64,000 bases of DNA from a virus (taxonomy: Duplodnaviria > Caudoviricetes), in IMG/VR virus record IMGVR_UViG_2775506835_000007, positions 1 through 64,000 of that record. The stretch is one strand, 5' to 3'. Below are positions 45,875-56,364 of the stretch, one piece after another; the stretch's first letter is position 1; each line of letters opens with the position of its first letter. A model generated the notes under the pieces. It did no database searches, had not been told where the DNA came from, and saw nothing but the letters and a program-made list of their open reading frames with translations. Position numbers and translations under genes: made by a program.

Positions 45875-47233
45875 TTAGAAAGCAACATTTGATCCGTTGA
45901 TGCCTCTATATATTTTGTGGTCGGCTGTACAAAAGACAATGCAACCCTCTCCGATAAAATCAGTCGGGATTGTCTCTGATACAGTAACATTGTGTTCCCC
46001 GTATAATTTGTATGTATCGCTTTTTATCCCTTCCGATACATATACAGTGATTAAATCTGGTTTCTCCCACGTTTTATCTGTTTCCGCGCTAAGATTCCCG
46101 ATCGTGAGATTTATAGTTCCACTGGTCACTGCCGCACCCTGATCATCTCTTTTTGTTATTATATTTTCAATTGCAAATCTGCCACGCGAATTTCTGGCTA
46201 TTTGACAGTACCCTTCTTTGCTTCCTCTTTCTTTAAAATATATATTTTGAGAGCTTTCCCCATTTATTGTAATTTTGGTGTCAAAAGTTCCGGAAATCTC
46301 GTTTATCGATGTCCAGTAATACGGTCCTTCGGTATCTCGGCATAATACGCAGGCGTCCTTCGTTGGGGCTTCTATTTTTTCCGTGGCCTCTACGTCGCCT
46401 GCGGTTAGCACGATATTTGACGTCAATGGTTTTCCGTTTATTGTCCGGCTTGTTGGTACGGCGCCAATCGTCCCGCACATGCTCTCTTTTCCGCTCCAAT
46501 ATGGAGCGCCGCTCGTTCCCTGCGTTAAATACCCTGTTCCAGATGTAGGTGGGGACAGTTGCGACAGTGTGCTACTCGACGTGGGATAGATCAGCCGGTT
46601 GGCGGTCCACCCGCTTTTTCCCGTCCCTCCGCTTGATATTGGTATGATCCCGGATATATCTTGGCTATCCGTCTTTGTTACTCCAACCGCAACCCAACAC
46701 GTCCCATCATATTGTAAGATTTGAGGCTTTCCAGCCAAAATCCAGTTGCTGTTTTTGCTTGTCCCTGTGGTTTGACTATTATTTATTCTGATTTTAATGC
46801 TTTTTGATCCAAGTCCATTCAGGTTTAACGATGGGATGCTGACGGTACTGACGGTGTGCGGGATGATTGTAATCGTTAGCCCCTTTGATAGCTCTGCGAT
46901 TCCGTCAATTGTTGCGGTATATAGACTTCCTGTTCCTGCTGTCGTGACCACCGGGGGCAAAATTGGTATTTGTCCAATTTTAATTTTTCCGTCAATCAAG
47001 TCTGGTGCCCCAACTTCTTTTGCCGACGGCATCCAGTTAACTGGTCGGCACGCCGCAACTGCCGCAGCTTTGGCCTGATCCGCTTTATCCTGGGCGGCGG
47101 CTGGCGTTTCTTTTCCTGTCTCCAATCCTCGCAGCGCAGAGTCAATCGCATCCATATTCTCGTTTTGTTTGGTTATATCATAAGTGTCGTTTTCGGCAGG
47201 CTTGTGCAATTTGTAATAGGTTGTATCGATCAT
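45875..47233 (-). CDS. Tail fibre protein
   Basis: N-terminal TYYKLHKP..NENMDAID, IPISSGGTG, VPTSRTINGKPL..NIVLTAGDV fibre repeats. Confidence 0.85.
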   Translation of the reverse strand: MIDTTYYKLHKPAENDTYDITKQNENMDAIDSALRGLETGKETPAAAQDKADQAKAAAVAACRPVNWMPSAKEVGAPDLIDGKIKIGQIPILPPVVTTAGTGSLYTATIDGIAELSKGLTITIIPHTVSTVSIPSLNLNGLGSKSIKIRINNSQTTGTSKNSNWILAGKPQILQYDGTCWVAVGVTKTDSQDISGIIPISSGGTGKSGWTANRLIYPTSSSTLSQLSPPTSGTGYLTQGTSGAPYWSGKESMCGTIGAVPTSRTINGKPLTSNIVLTAGDVEATEKIEAPTKDACVLCRDTEGPYYWTSINEISGTFDTKITINGESSQNIYFKERGSKEGYCQIARNSRGRFAIENIITKRDDQGAAVTSGTINLTIGNLSAETDKTWEKPDLITVYVSEGIKSDTYKLYGEHNVTVSETIPTDFIGEGCIVFCTADHKIYRGINGSNVAF

Positions 47234-47769
47234 TCCCGCATTTCTCCATTCCGTATTTGATCGTGGGTATACGCATGTAGCTGTCCGTGTGTATAGGCCG
47301 ACACACCAGCATGAGTCAAAAAGTTATATATATAACTAAAAGCAAGGTGCGCGGGCTTGATGTCTTCAATAGTCGCGGTCAGGTCTTCTAAATTTGGGGG
47401 TATTCCAAGGCTGCTGAATTTCACTTCAAACGAGTAATTTTCCGGATGTTCGATGATTTCTACATCTCCGTTTACAAAGCTTTCCGCGGCATTTTTTATC
47501 ATCGCAATCGTCGCGGTCCCTTTGCTGCGGATTTTACTGATAACGCGCGAGCGGCGGAAATCGTACGGTTTACTTATGTCAGTCTCGATTCCATAAAGTT
47601 TTTCCCAAAAATCCAGCCCCCAAGTGGCTGTACTCACAAAAAGCTGATCCAAGAGAGATTCATGAGCTTCCCATAGGGCGACTGCTTCCGGATTCATCGC
47701 GTCCAGCGTCGCACAGGTTTCTGGGCTTTTCAGATAATCTGGTGGCACTTGGTTCTTTAGGGCTTTCAT
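47230..47769 (-). CDS. Baseplate protein XkdU/YmfQ-like
   Basis: TATWGLDFWE, RRSRVISK, IKPAHL. Confidence 0.85.
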   Translation of the reverse strand: MKALKNQVPPDYLKSPETCATLDAMNPEAVALWEAHESLLDQLFVSTATWGLDFWEKLYGIETDISKPYDFRRSRVISKIRSKGTATIAMIKNAAESFVNGDVEIIEHPENYSFEVKFSSLGIPPNLEDLTATIEDIKPAHLAFSYIYNFLTHAGVSAYTHGQLHAYTHDQIRNGEMRE

Positions 47770-48815
47770 ACAACTGTCACCCCCACGTTTCCTAAGACCG
47801 GCACTTGATCGGTATCCAGCGATATATTTGCCTTACCAGAATTAACTGTCAGCGTGACATAATCTGTTACACCTTGCATTCCCAGCAGGATATACGATAC
47901 TCGGTTATAGACAATTTCGTTTTTCACAAACGCCAGCTCATCGAGGTATTTTCCAACCGCCGCGGTAAATTCTGCTTTTATGGCGGCAGCGCCGACGCTT
48001 CCGTCTGTTTTTACCTGCGCCAATACGTTTATTGTCAGCGCCCTTGCGGACACAACCGTGACCGCTGCGCCAACCGGCCGGCGGTCTTCGATGTGCGCTT
48101 TGCAGTCAGCGGTAATTTCCGTTCCGACCGGCCTCATATTTTGGTCCACAATGATGATCCCGACAGTCCCCGGTCCGTTGTTCAGCGGCAGCACCTTCGC
48201 GCGGCCAACTCCGTTTACTTCTTCTGCCCAGCGCTTGTAATCGTATAGATTTCCGCCTGCGCTTGGATTTTGCAGGACGTCGCACAACCTTCCGTATAGC
48301 GCCTTGTCCGTTTCCCGGTCGGTTCCGCCCTCCGCCTTTCCACTGCTTACGCCGGTGATGCCGCTTATGCTGGAGGCCAACCGGTCGATGTTCCCGGCAT
48401 CCGCGTTGTATTCTGATCCGATCTCCGCCGCTTCCGCTTCTACCTGGGCGGTTCCGTTTGCAATGGTTGCCGCCGCTATCGTAAGATATTCCAACCCTGG
48501 CATCGACAGCAGCACGGTCCCTTTAGCTACGGTCGTCCCGTTGCTTCCGGTAAGCGTGACGGTTGCTTTCGCTTTTGTTCCCGGCTTTCGTTCAATTCCG
48601 TATTCCGCACATCGCCTTTCAAGGTACTCTCCAGAGACTTCATCCACGAATGCGATAGGGATCACCGCGTTGATCGATTCGTACACCTTGCTGATTTCCA
48701 ACGACACGGGGGAGATAATATCGTTTGTGTAACTGCCCTCCCGCTTGTCAAGCTCATTTGACATACTGGATAAAATATCCGCTTTTATGGCTTCGTACGT
48801 TTTTTCCTCATACAC
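47766..48815 (-). CDS. Baseplate J/gp47 family
   Basis: DKREGSY, GGTDRETD, GNLYDYKRWA, NGPGTV, RPVGA. Confidence 0.92.
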   Translation of the reverse strand: MYEEKTYEAIKADILSSMSNELDKREGSYTNDIISPVSLEISKVYESINAVIPIAFVDEVSGEYLERRCAEYGIERKPGTKAKATVTLTGSNGTTVAKGTVLLSMPGLEYLTIAAATIANGTAQVEAEAAEIGSEYNADAGNIDRLASSISGITGVSSGKAEGGTDRETDKALYGRLCDVLQNPSAGGNLYDYKRWAEEVNGVGRAKVLPLNNGPGTVGIIIVDQNMRPVGTEITADCKAHIEDRRPVGAAVTVVSARALTINVLAQVKTDGSVGAAAIKAEFTAAVGKYLDELAFVKNEIVYNRVSYILLGMQGVTDYVTLTVNSGKANISLDTDQVPVLGNVGVTVV

Positions 48816-49230
48816 GGATCGTGTCACCCCCGTAAATGGTTTGTATTGTGCAGCTTCCGTTCAGCTTGTCGTCTTGCAGCGTCATTGCTATATCGGTCAC
48901 GCCGGTAATATACGGGTTTACCGACAGGCATTCCCTTACAAAACGTGGGATTTCCGACCGCTTTAAGTCTTCTGTGTATGCCTGTCCAATGAGGGATTCC
49001 ATTTCATTTCCAAAATCCCACGAGTACATCTCATACATGTACCGCGGCGTCGATAGAGCTTTGTATGCCCACACCTTCACCGCCTCAACTCCGGTTACAA
49101 TTACCGGTGATCCTCCCTTAAATATCGGTGTATTTTCGCTATAGTCCCAGGCTGTTTCCCGGTATAGCGGCAGGTCTTGCGTCACTGTCACAGCTTGCGG
49201 CTGCAACGACGGAAAAAGCGTCATATTCAC
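48808..49230 (-). CDS. XkdS (DUF2634)-like baseplate protein
   Basis: EAVKVWAYKAL.T.RY...YSWDFG.E, NPYI, TIYG. Confidence 0.85.
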   Translation of the reverse strand: MNMTLFPSLQPQAVTVTQDLPLYRETAWDYSENTPIFKGGSPVIVTGVEAVKVWAYKALSTPRYMYEMYSWDFGNEMESLIGQAYTEDLKRSEIPRFVRECLSVNPYITGVTDIAMTLQDDKLNGSCTIQTIYGGDTIRV

Positions 49231-49469
49231 ACCACCTTACAGACCACCACAAATTGTTGGTTGCAGTTCACTGAGATCATCAGCACTTGATCCCCGTTTT
49301 CTAGGTCCCGAATGTCTGGGTTCCTCAGCAGGTCCGTTCCTTGCTGAATTGTTCCGGCAAGATCGATGCAGAAAGGGGAGAGGGACAACACTTTTCCCAG
49401 ATACACGATACTTGCCTCGTCTTTTGGTTTTATCGCTGCCGCCAATTCCACAAAAGCATTTCCTTCCAT
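49227..49469 (-). CDS. XkdR (DUF2577)-like spike
   Basis: LGKVLSLSP, L.NGDQV...QQFVVVCKVV. Confidence 0.78.
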   Translation of the reverse strand: MEGNAFVELAAAIKPKDEASIVYLGKVLSLSPFCIDLAGTIQQGTDLLRNPDIRDLENGDQVLMISVNCNQQFVVVCKVV

Positions 49470-49470
49470 G

Positions 49471-50526
49471 TCATTCCTTCTTTCCGAGATTCAGATGGAC
49501 AATTTGTCTATTCTTCTTTTTGCCCGCGGTTTTGCTTCCCGTTTTATTCGGCAGGCTTCCGGCCTCTCGCTCATCCATGATGTTTTTAAAGTTTAGCACG
49601 AGCTTATTCAGGTACAGCCCTTTTTTCCATTCGTGCGTGTCTTCATCGATATAAAATAGCCCATATACACCGGTGTGCGGCTCGTGGACCACAACAGTTC
49701 CGCCGGTTACGTTTGCGATATTACCCAAGTTGTTGACCGTGATTTTTTGTTGCAGCCCATTGTCATCGAGCAGTTTTTGCGCCTCTGCCGTGGCGTCCTC
49801 CCCATCCTTTTGTTTCACCTGACTCTGCATCAGGCCATACAGACGGATTGTATCGTCGTTTTTAATGGTCCGGATCAGCTTGTCATTTTTGTCATATATG
49901 GCAACCTGGTTTACCATGCTGTCGATGCTGTTCGTTGTGCTTATATCGATCAGGTTTGATCCGCCCTCCAGCACCAGGGTTTTGTCGTTCACCTTTTTTT
50001 CCAGCACGCAGAGCTTTTCTGCGTCAAAAACCAGGTGATATTTTTTCTTTGTCTTGGCCGCCGCGAGCGTATAGGCCGTCTGAATGATGTCATAGAGAGA
50101 CACGCCAATGAAATTGCGCGTGATCGGTACTCCTGTTGTAGCGATGTCCCCGGCAGTGATCCCGTGCTCGCTGCATATACTTCTCACAATAGATTCCGGC
50201 GCTTGGCCGGTATATTTTTTTACCACTTTGTTGCTTTTTAGATATATTCCCCGGTCATACGCCGTCACCTTGATCGTATTTCCCTCGCTGGATTTCTGGA
50301 GGCTAAACACGATTCCCGTAAACAACGTGGTGCTGTCTTGCAGGAGTGTGACGTAATTCCCGTTTTCGATTGATACGGACGGCACTGATTTGTCTATGGG
50401 GGATGATAGCAGTTCAAATGACAGCGTCCGCGTACACTGCTTATAATTTCCCGACCAGGTTACGGTCGGGACGAGCGTCGTTATGTCATAGACGCCGCTG
50501 CTGTTTTGCAGCGTGATCGTAATCAT
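49471..50526 (-). CDS. XkdQ-like baseplate hub
   Basis: TWSG..KQCTR.L, AYDRGIYL, SIDSMVNQV, YIDEDTHEW. Confidence 0.85.
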   Translation of the reverse strand: MITITLQNSSGVYDITTLVPTVTWSGNYKQCTRTLSFELLSSPIDKSVPSVSIENGNYVTLLQDSTTLFTGIVFSLQKSSEGNTIKVTAYDRGIYLKSNKVVKKYTGQAPESIVRSICSEHGITAGDIATTGVPITRNFIGVSLYDIIQTAYTLAAAKTKKKYHLVFDAEKLCVLEKKVNDKTLVLEGGSNLIDISTTNSIDSMVNQVAIYDKNDKLIRTIKNDDTIRLYGLMQSQVKQKDGEDATAEAQKLLDDNGLQQKITVNNLGNIANVTGGTVVVHEPHTGVYGLFYIDEDTHEWKKGLYLNKLVLNFKNIMDEREAGSLPNKTGSKTAGKKKNRQIVHLNLGKKE

Positions 50527-50530
50527 GGCA

Positions 50531-51175
50531 TCACCCCAATTTTGATTTATCCGGCAGCCGCAGGACCGATCCCGCACGGATCAGGTTTGGATTTTTGATC
50601 CCGTTGAATGTCGCCAGTTTCGCGGCAAGTCCGGCGCTCCCGTAAAACCTGCGGCAGATCGCCCCCAGCGTATCTCCGGACGCAATTTTGTACGTTTGAG
50701 GTGTGGCGGGCGGGGCTTCCACGGCGCGCGCGGAACTGGCCGCTGCGGCCGCCTCGATTTTTACGGCTGCAAGCTCTTTGTATTCGCACAGTTCCAGCGA
50801 CATGTACAAGTCATTCGACCCGTCTTGCTCCTTGTACGTGATGCTCTGGACTCTGACAGGGATGTTCACCGTCGTGTCTGTGATGATCAGCCGCAGAACG
50901 GTCCCTTCATTTTTGAATCGCTCAAACGTCGAGATATAGGCGTATGGTTCCACGATTTCGTTCACTGTCACAAACTGATATTTTTGCGCCGGGATCAAAA
51001 AATCCAATTTGATGGTTTTATATGTATCGGTCCCCAGCAGCGCAACATCGCCCATGGCATGGATGTTGACCGTTTCCATATTGCGATCCGTTGTGATCTC
51101 AAATGACGGGGGAGTGACCGGCATGTTCATTTCCGCGCCATTTTCCGCGTTTTTAAATATAATCTTTCTTAGCAT
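50531..51175 (-). CDS. LysM tail tube initiator (XkdP-like)
   Basis: MPVTP; YKIASGDTLGAICRRFYG...NPNLI. Confidence 0.9.
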   Translation of the reverse strand: MLRKIIFKNAENGAEMNMPVTPPSFEITTDRNMETVNIHAMGDVALLGTDTYKTIKLDFLIPAQKYQFVTVNEIVEPYAYISTFERFKNEGTVLRLIITDTTVNIPVRVQSITYKEQDGSNDLYMSLELCEYKELAAVKIEAAAAASSARAVEAPPATPQTYKIASGDTLGAICRRFYGSAGLAAKLATFNGIKNPNLIRAGSVLRLPDKSKLG

Positions 51176-51185
51176 GTCGATCTCC

Positions 51186-53387
51186 TTATACCGTTCTCAT
51201 TGCCTGGCACACTTCTTGTGCCACTAATTCGGCAACGTGACGGGCTTCGTCTTCTGCACCTTCCCTGATCTGCATCCCGTCCATATTTACAACGATAACC
51301 GGCCCGGCCCCAGACGCGTACTGCCTCGCCTGCGCCGCGGTCAACACCTGTTCTCCCTCGTGCAAGAGGGCAGGGAAATTGTCGTAAGGGACACGTGCCA
51401 TGCCAAATGCTTTCGCGGGTCCATATTGCTGTGCACCGGATCGATCTGCTGGCGCGGTTTCCTTTTCTTGATTTTCTCTCTGGTTTGAGTAGGTTCCGAT
51501 CCCCTCTTGCGGGGCCTCGCCTGTTTCTGTTGGTCCCCCATAATAAAATCCGTCGGTATAATCTCCGTTGAGATAGTTTTTTACCGGATCATTTTTTGCA
51601 AGAGCAACCGCCATGCCCTTACTAAATTCTTCTCCCATTTCATAGCCAAAAGTCTTATACACTTCATCCTGTACCATGGCGTCGCGTATTCCGCCAACCA
51701 GTGCTTTTTGACTTTCCACCTCAAGCTTCGCGCCCTCTGTTTTGTTGTACTCAGCAGCGGCGATTACCTGTGCTTCCTGCAACACACGCCCCATTTCGGC
51801 GCCGTCATCCTTGGCGGAAGCCTCCGCATATTCTTTGTACAGCTCGGATAGACGTTTTTGCGTTTCTTCTGAAAATGTATTATATATATTTCCTTGGGTT
51901 ACGGATTTGTAGGCGTCTCGTTGCATTTCTTCTTGGAGATTTTCCAAAGAAGCTTTATATTCTCCGATTCTGCGATTGGCCTCTTTCATTTCTTCGCCAG
52001 AGTCGCCCTCGTAAAACCGGATTTCATCCTGGATTCCCTTTTTCCGGGCTTCGTTGTACCCTTTTCCCATGGCAGACTGCATTTCTTGATTCCATCCGGT
52101 CAGCGTGCTTTGCATGCCCGCATAGGTTTTAGATTGTTCCTCCATGGCCCCAGCGTACAATTCATCAAATTTTTGGATGATGAGTTCGGAGACTTCTACA
52201 CCACTCAATTTTCCTTCTGATATCAGGTCATAGACATCACCTTTAGATTTCCCCAGATTCTCGGCGATGTATCCGACAGCATCAACGCCACGGTCGTTCA
52301 AAATATTCAGGTATTCCAGCGTCGCCTTGTCGCTGGATTTCATGCGGCCGATAGCTGTTGCAACCATGTTCATATCGGGCGTTGTCATGCCCAATGCCGC
52401 ACCAGCGTTACCGACGCTGGTCAGAGTCGGTAACGTGTTTTGTTCGTCATAGCCAAACGTTTTCAGCGTCTTAGACATGGCGGTCAGGTCTCCGTACAAA
52501 AATGGCGTTGAATTGGCCATATCCTTCAAGTCGCTCAAAAACGTTTCCGCTTTTCCTTTATCGTTTCCAAACAGCGTCGTAAACGACACGAGGTCCGTTT
52601 CTCTCTGCGCCGCGATCCCACTTCCGGCGGTCAAATTCTCTTGCTGTTCCTGTGTGACCACTTGATATTGCTCTTGTACCGCTGTTCGGTATGCCTGATC
52701 CTGGTTCTCAAATATCTGTGTTGCGCCGGTTATAGCCCCGACACCCGCGCCGATCGCTCCGCCGATGGCCGTCCCGATTCCCGGCGCAATCATCGACCCC
52801 ATGGCAGCCCCCGCGGCAGCGCTCCCCAGAATCGATCCAAACATTGTTCCCGTTTCGCTACCAAACGCACTTGATACCGCTGTGTTCGCCGTGGAGGCAA
52901 GCGCGTTTCCGATCATCTGGGTAAACCCGGCGGATGCAAACGATTTCAGGAGTCCTGATTCTCCGCCGTCCGGCCTGCCGCCTCCGCTTCCAGCCCGGTT
53001 TCCCTCTCGGCGTTCTGTGCGTCCCAGGTTTTCCATTTCACGCTGTGCGGATCGCGCCTCCCTGGTCACAAGCTTCAAATTTTCTTGGATTCGGTCGTAT
53101 TCTTCTTGTAGCTCGACAAGCTTATTTGTTTTTCCGGCTTCGTCTTCTAAGTTTCTTATTTCATCACGAGCTTGTTGCATCGCCTTTTTTGCTTCTTGCA
53201 ATTGCTTTTTCGCTCGATCTGATTCTATTTTCAAGGTTGCCTTTGTTCGATTTAACGCATCAATTTTATGCTGTAATCCGTCGGTTTCTCTTGAAAACGC
53301 CGAATTTGCATTACGCATTGACGTTATTGCGTTTGAATAATTGTCTCTTGCGCTTATAACGATGGATACATTCGGCACTGCGTTCAC
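51186..53387 (-). CDS. Tape measure protein
   Basis: 733 aa; MANSTPF tape-measure motif, glycine zipper, VPYDNFPALLHEGEQVLTA. Confidence 0.9.
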   Translation of the reverse strand: MNAVPNVSIVISARDNYSNAITSMRNANSAFSRETDGLQHKIDALNRTKATLKIESDRAKKQLQEAKKAMQQARDEIRNLEDEAGKTNKLVELQEEYDRIQENLKLVTREARSAQREMENLGRTERREGNRAGSGGGRPDGGESGLLKSFASAGFTQMIGNALASTANTAVSSAFGSETGTMFGSILGSAAAGAAMGSMIAPGIGTAIGGAIGAGVGAITGATQIFENQDQAYRTAVQEQYQVVTQEQQENLTAGSGIAAQRETDLVSFTTLFGNDKGKAETFLSDLKDMANSTPFLYGDLTAMSKTLKTFGYDEQNTLPTLTSVGNAGAALGMTTPDMNMVATAIGRMKSSDKATLEYLNILNDRGVDAVGYIAENLGKSKGDVYDLISEGKLSGVEVSELIIQKFDELYAGAMEEQSKTYAGMQSTLTGWNQEMQSAMGKGYNEARKKGIQDEIRFYEGDSGEEMKEANRRIGEYKASLENLQEEMQRDAYKSVTQGNIYNTFSEETQKRLSELYKEYAEASAKDDGAEMGRVLQEAQVIAAAEYNKTEGAKLEVESQKALVGGIRDAMVQDEVYKTFGYEMGEEFSKGMAVALAKNDPVKNYLNGDYTDGFYYGGPTETGEAPQEGIGTYSNQRENQEKETAPADRSGAQQYGPAKAFGMARVPYDNFPALLHEGEQVLTAAQARQYASGAGPVIVVNMDGMQIREGAEDEARHVAELVAQEVCQAMRTV

Positions 53388-53910
53388 CTTCTTCTGGATT
53401 CCATGTCTTTTTCAAAAAAAGCTCTTATCACAGCCTTTTCCCCGGCGGGCAGGTTGTAATAAGAGCCGGGCAGTATATTTTTTTCAGCGAACAGGTAGTA
53501 CATCAGCTGTACTTCCGGGTCTTCCTCTATTTTTTTTTAACTTCCTCCACTGTGCTTTTGCGGTATCCGCTCAACTTTTCAATTTCTTGCGCCAAGTCTT
53601 CGATTTCTCCCGCAAGCAGCATCTTTTTGAGCAATTCAGCAGGAGTCGGCACGCTGAATTTTTCCATCAGCTCTTTCGATTTCAGGTCCGGCGCGGTAAC
53701 TCCGGCCAGCACGATGTGGATGCTCATATCCTGGTCCTTTGTGGCGGCGGAAGCTTTGATGTCCGCTACGCGGCTGTAGGACAGCGCCTTGAGGGAAAAG
53801 ATCACATCTTCCCCGCAAATTTCACTTAGACGTTTTACCTTGAAATCTTTTTCCGGCGCCGCCATGATCAGCTTTTCGTCTGCCGCAAGCAGGCTTTTTA
53901 ATACGTCCAT
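53384..53910 (-). CDS. Tail assembly chaperone (53527..53910) with -1 frameshift extension to 53384
   Basis: Ends GTT AAA AAA AAA TAG (A9); -1 frame IEEDPEVQLMYYLFAEKNILPGSYYNLPAGEKAVIRAFFEKD ends at the TMP start. Confidence 0.85.
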
Positions 53911-53912
53911 CT

Positions 53913-54344
53913 TTATACCTCCGGGATCATGTCAAGATAATCGTAATCGGTGAAGGTAAACGGGGATTCGATTTTCCCGGCGGTGTTCGCCTCCCAGTCT
54001 GCCAAAGTCAGATCATCGAAGGACACGCCGTTTGCCACCACGCGCTCCGCGCCGTAGGCATCCGGATCGTCCAGCTTTGAAATGATCGTAAACCGGGCGT
54101 CCTCGCCGTTCTTGATTTTTTCTCCGATCTTCCGCGCCATGCGGCTGGATACCTTATACATCTTCACGGAGCCGGTGCAATCTATTCCGGTGATCTTTTT
54201 GTCAACCGCCATCATCCCGCACCGGGCAATATCTTCTTTTTTAAACGACACCTTGAGCTGCATCCCGTAGCACTCGGTCACGTACTCACCATCCAGCCAG
54301 ACTTCGCCCCAAGTACCGGATATGACTCTTTTTGCACTTTCCAC
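53913..54344 (-). CDS. Tail tube protein (XkdM-like)
   Basis: ISGTWGEVWLDG, KLDDPDAYGAERV, PFTF. Confidence 0.9.
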   Translation of the reverse strand: MESAKRVISGTWGEVWLDGEYVTECYGMQLKVSFKKEDIARCGMMAVDKKITGIDCTGSVKMYKVSSRMARKIGEKIKNGEDARFTIISKLDDPDAYGAERVVANGVSFDDLTLADWEANTAGKIESPFTFTDYDYLDMIPEV

Positions 54345-54357
54345 GGTTTATGCCTCC

Positions 54358-55422
54358 TTAAATTACGATTTGCAAGTCGATGTCTTCAATCGCATCCAAA
54401 ATTTTGATGTTTGCCAGCAAAAACACTTTATCCGCGGTATTTGCGCTGCGGATTTCCTGCTCGCTCATCGCGGACACATCTACGCCTGTACTCTGCAAAT
54501 AGGCTTTTTGCGCCTCTACATCGATGTCGATTGTGTTTTTTCCGGGGTCAAGCACACCGTCGATCTCAAGCTGCGTAAAATATCCTTTGATCGCCGTGAT
54601 GAAAAGGCATTTGTTGTCATAGCTGTTGGCGTACTTCCCGATGTAGCTGTCCTGCGCGGTGATCTGTATATCCCTTTTGATCGCGGCCACGGCATCCACG
54701 ATTTTGATCTTTTTAAACTGTTCTCCCTTGTCTTTGGTTGTGGTGGTCAGAGAGTTGATTCCACGGCCTACTTTCACTTTGCGTCCGTCGTGCATCAGAA
54801 TGAACTTTCCGGCGTCAATCGCGGTATCCATTTCCTCTTTGGTCATGCGCTTAATGTCGGTGATTTCCGGAAGCGGGGCATAGGTGCAGGATATATTCAT
54901 CGGCGTTCCGGCCAGCAATCCCGCGATGCGGCTGCAATACTGCGCCGCGGTGTATATCTGATCTCCTGTCTGGATTTCCTCTGCCACAAAATTAATCACG
55001 GCTTCGTTATCTGCTGTATGCCCCGGCAAAACCGCGCGCGGCGTCGCTCCCTGCTCCCATTGCGTTTTCACCCAGGATGCAATGGCGGTCGATTCCGCGC
55101 TTGAGGTATCCGGCGGACCGGCGAGGTAATCAAACGTCTGTGTCGCAAAATAGTCGAGCGCTTCTGTCAGGTTTGCTGCGTCCAACGGCAGGACGTACAA
55201 AATCACCTTGCTCGGCGCACTGACATAGCCCAAAAACGTGCGGCTTACATATTCCTGGTTGTCCGCCGCAAGTTCTGCCGGAACCTCTGTTGCGCCGGTA
55301 ATCACGTGCGCGCCGTTTTGCTTACTGTCCTTTATGATCAGTCCGACCGTACCTTTTTTTGATAACTGCACGGCTGCGGCCGCAGCTGTTTTAAATGCGA
55401 TATTGATATTTGGCAGTCCCAT
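54358..55422 (-). CDS. Contractile tail sheath protein (short type)
   Basis: MGLPNINI.FK, SRIAGLLAG, RGINSL, YIGKYANSYDNK, DAIED. Confidence 0.92.
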   Translation of the reverse strand: MGLPNINIAFKTAAAAAVQLSKKGTVGLIIKDSKQNGAHVITGATEVPAELAADNQEYVSRTFLGYVSAPSKVILYVLPLDAANLTEALDYFATQTFDYLAGPPDTSSAESTAIASWVKTQWEQGATPRAVLPGHTADNEAVINFVAEEIQTGDQIYTAAQYCSRIAGLLAGTPMNISCTYAPLPEITDIKRMTKEEMDTAIDAGKFILMHDGRKVKVGRGINSLTTTTKDKGEQFKKIKIVDAVAAIKRDIQITAQDSYIGKYANSYDNKCLFITAIKGYFTQLEIDGVLDPGKNTIDIDVEAQKAYLQSTGVDVSAMSEQEIRSANTADKVFLLANIKILDAIEDIDLQIVI

Positions 55423-55426
55423 AGCG

Positions 55427-55876
55427 TTATGCCTCCTTTATGGTCGTTTCTACTGTTTTGATGGTCTGATATTGCTCGGCTTGTTCGTCCGTGTCGTCAA
55501 AATACGATACCGTGATGGTCATAGCAAGCAAATTTGGCCCGGCTTCGTCCACCTTGGTCGAGATATTCAGCTTTCGATTTCCAACGGCGAGCTTACCGGG
55601 GGAAAACGCCGATATGATCTTTTGCTGCGCGTCTACCAACTGCGACATGATCGGATTTTTATGGGCATCCAGTTCTCCCATATACATCAGCGTAAATTCC
55701 GCCTTGCATTTCACGGCACACCGGGTGGCTGGAATCGATTCCCATTTTTTCAATTCAATGTAGTAGCTTGGCCTTTCAAATTCCTGCGGGCAATTCTCCG
55801 TATACGCGGTCGCGCCCGGAAACATCTTGCACAACACGGCGCAAATTGCATCTATCAGGTTTGTGTATGTGAGCAA
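55427..55876 (-). CDS. Tail terminator protein
   Basis: QEFERPSYYI; position before sheath. Confidence 0.75.
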   Translation of the reverse strand: MLTYTNLIDAICAVLCKMFPGATAYTENCPQEFERPSYYIELKKWESIPATRCAVKCKAEFTLMYMGELDAHKNPIMSQLVDAQQKIISAFSPGKLAVGNRKLNISTKVDEAGPNLLAMTITVSYFDDTDEQAEQYQTIKTVETTIKEA

Positions 55877-56362
55877 CTATCCGCCCTCCATTCTCTGCAA
55901 AATTTCGTCCGCAAACCGTTCGGCTTCTTCAACGGCCTTTTTCCCCAACTCATCGTTTGCCGCCTTGTAAAAAAACCTTCCGCTTACGGCGATCATTTTA
56001 GCCCGGCCTGGCCGCTTTCGCTTTGTATCCGGGGAGGGTGGACGGACGCGGTGCCCGTTTTCGATCGCGTTTGTGATTTGTCCATATCTGTACGCATTCC
56101 CTTTTCCGTTCGGCGGCAGCTCGCCTTTTCGCGGTCTTACGGCTGCATATCCGCCTTTTGTTCCAACGGCTTTTTCCTGCCACCCTTTTATTTTCGTAGT
56201 GTCTCCGTTCAACCTTTCGTCCGTTTTCTGGTCCAAGGTTTCGTTTGCAATAGACGCCAGCCGTTCATGGAGTTTGCGCCGGGCTTCTTTATTTCCCTTC
56301 AAAATATTTTCCACCCGGCGCGAAAACCCATCAAACTGCGACGTGTCAATGCTCTGGGACAT
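55877..56362 (-). CDS. HK97 gp10-like tail completion protein
   Basis: ITNAIENGHR, VSGRFFY. Confidence 0.72.
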   Translation of the reverse strand: MSQSIDTSQFDGFSRRVENILKGNKEARRKLHERLASIANETLDQKTDERLNGDTTKIKGWQEKAVGTKGGYAAVRPRKGELPPNGKGNAYRYGQITNAIENGHRVRPPSPDTKRKRPGRAKMIAVSGRFFYKAANDELGKKAVEEAERFADEILQRMEGG

Positions 56363-56364
56363 TT

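Noticed and set aside
38251-47233. Invertase-driven tail-fibre shufflon
   Set aside because: All fibre genes are co-oriented, with no inverted partial cassettes or repeated crossover sites noticed
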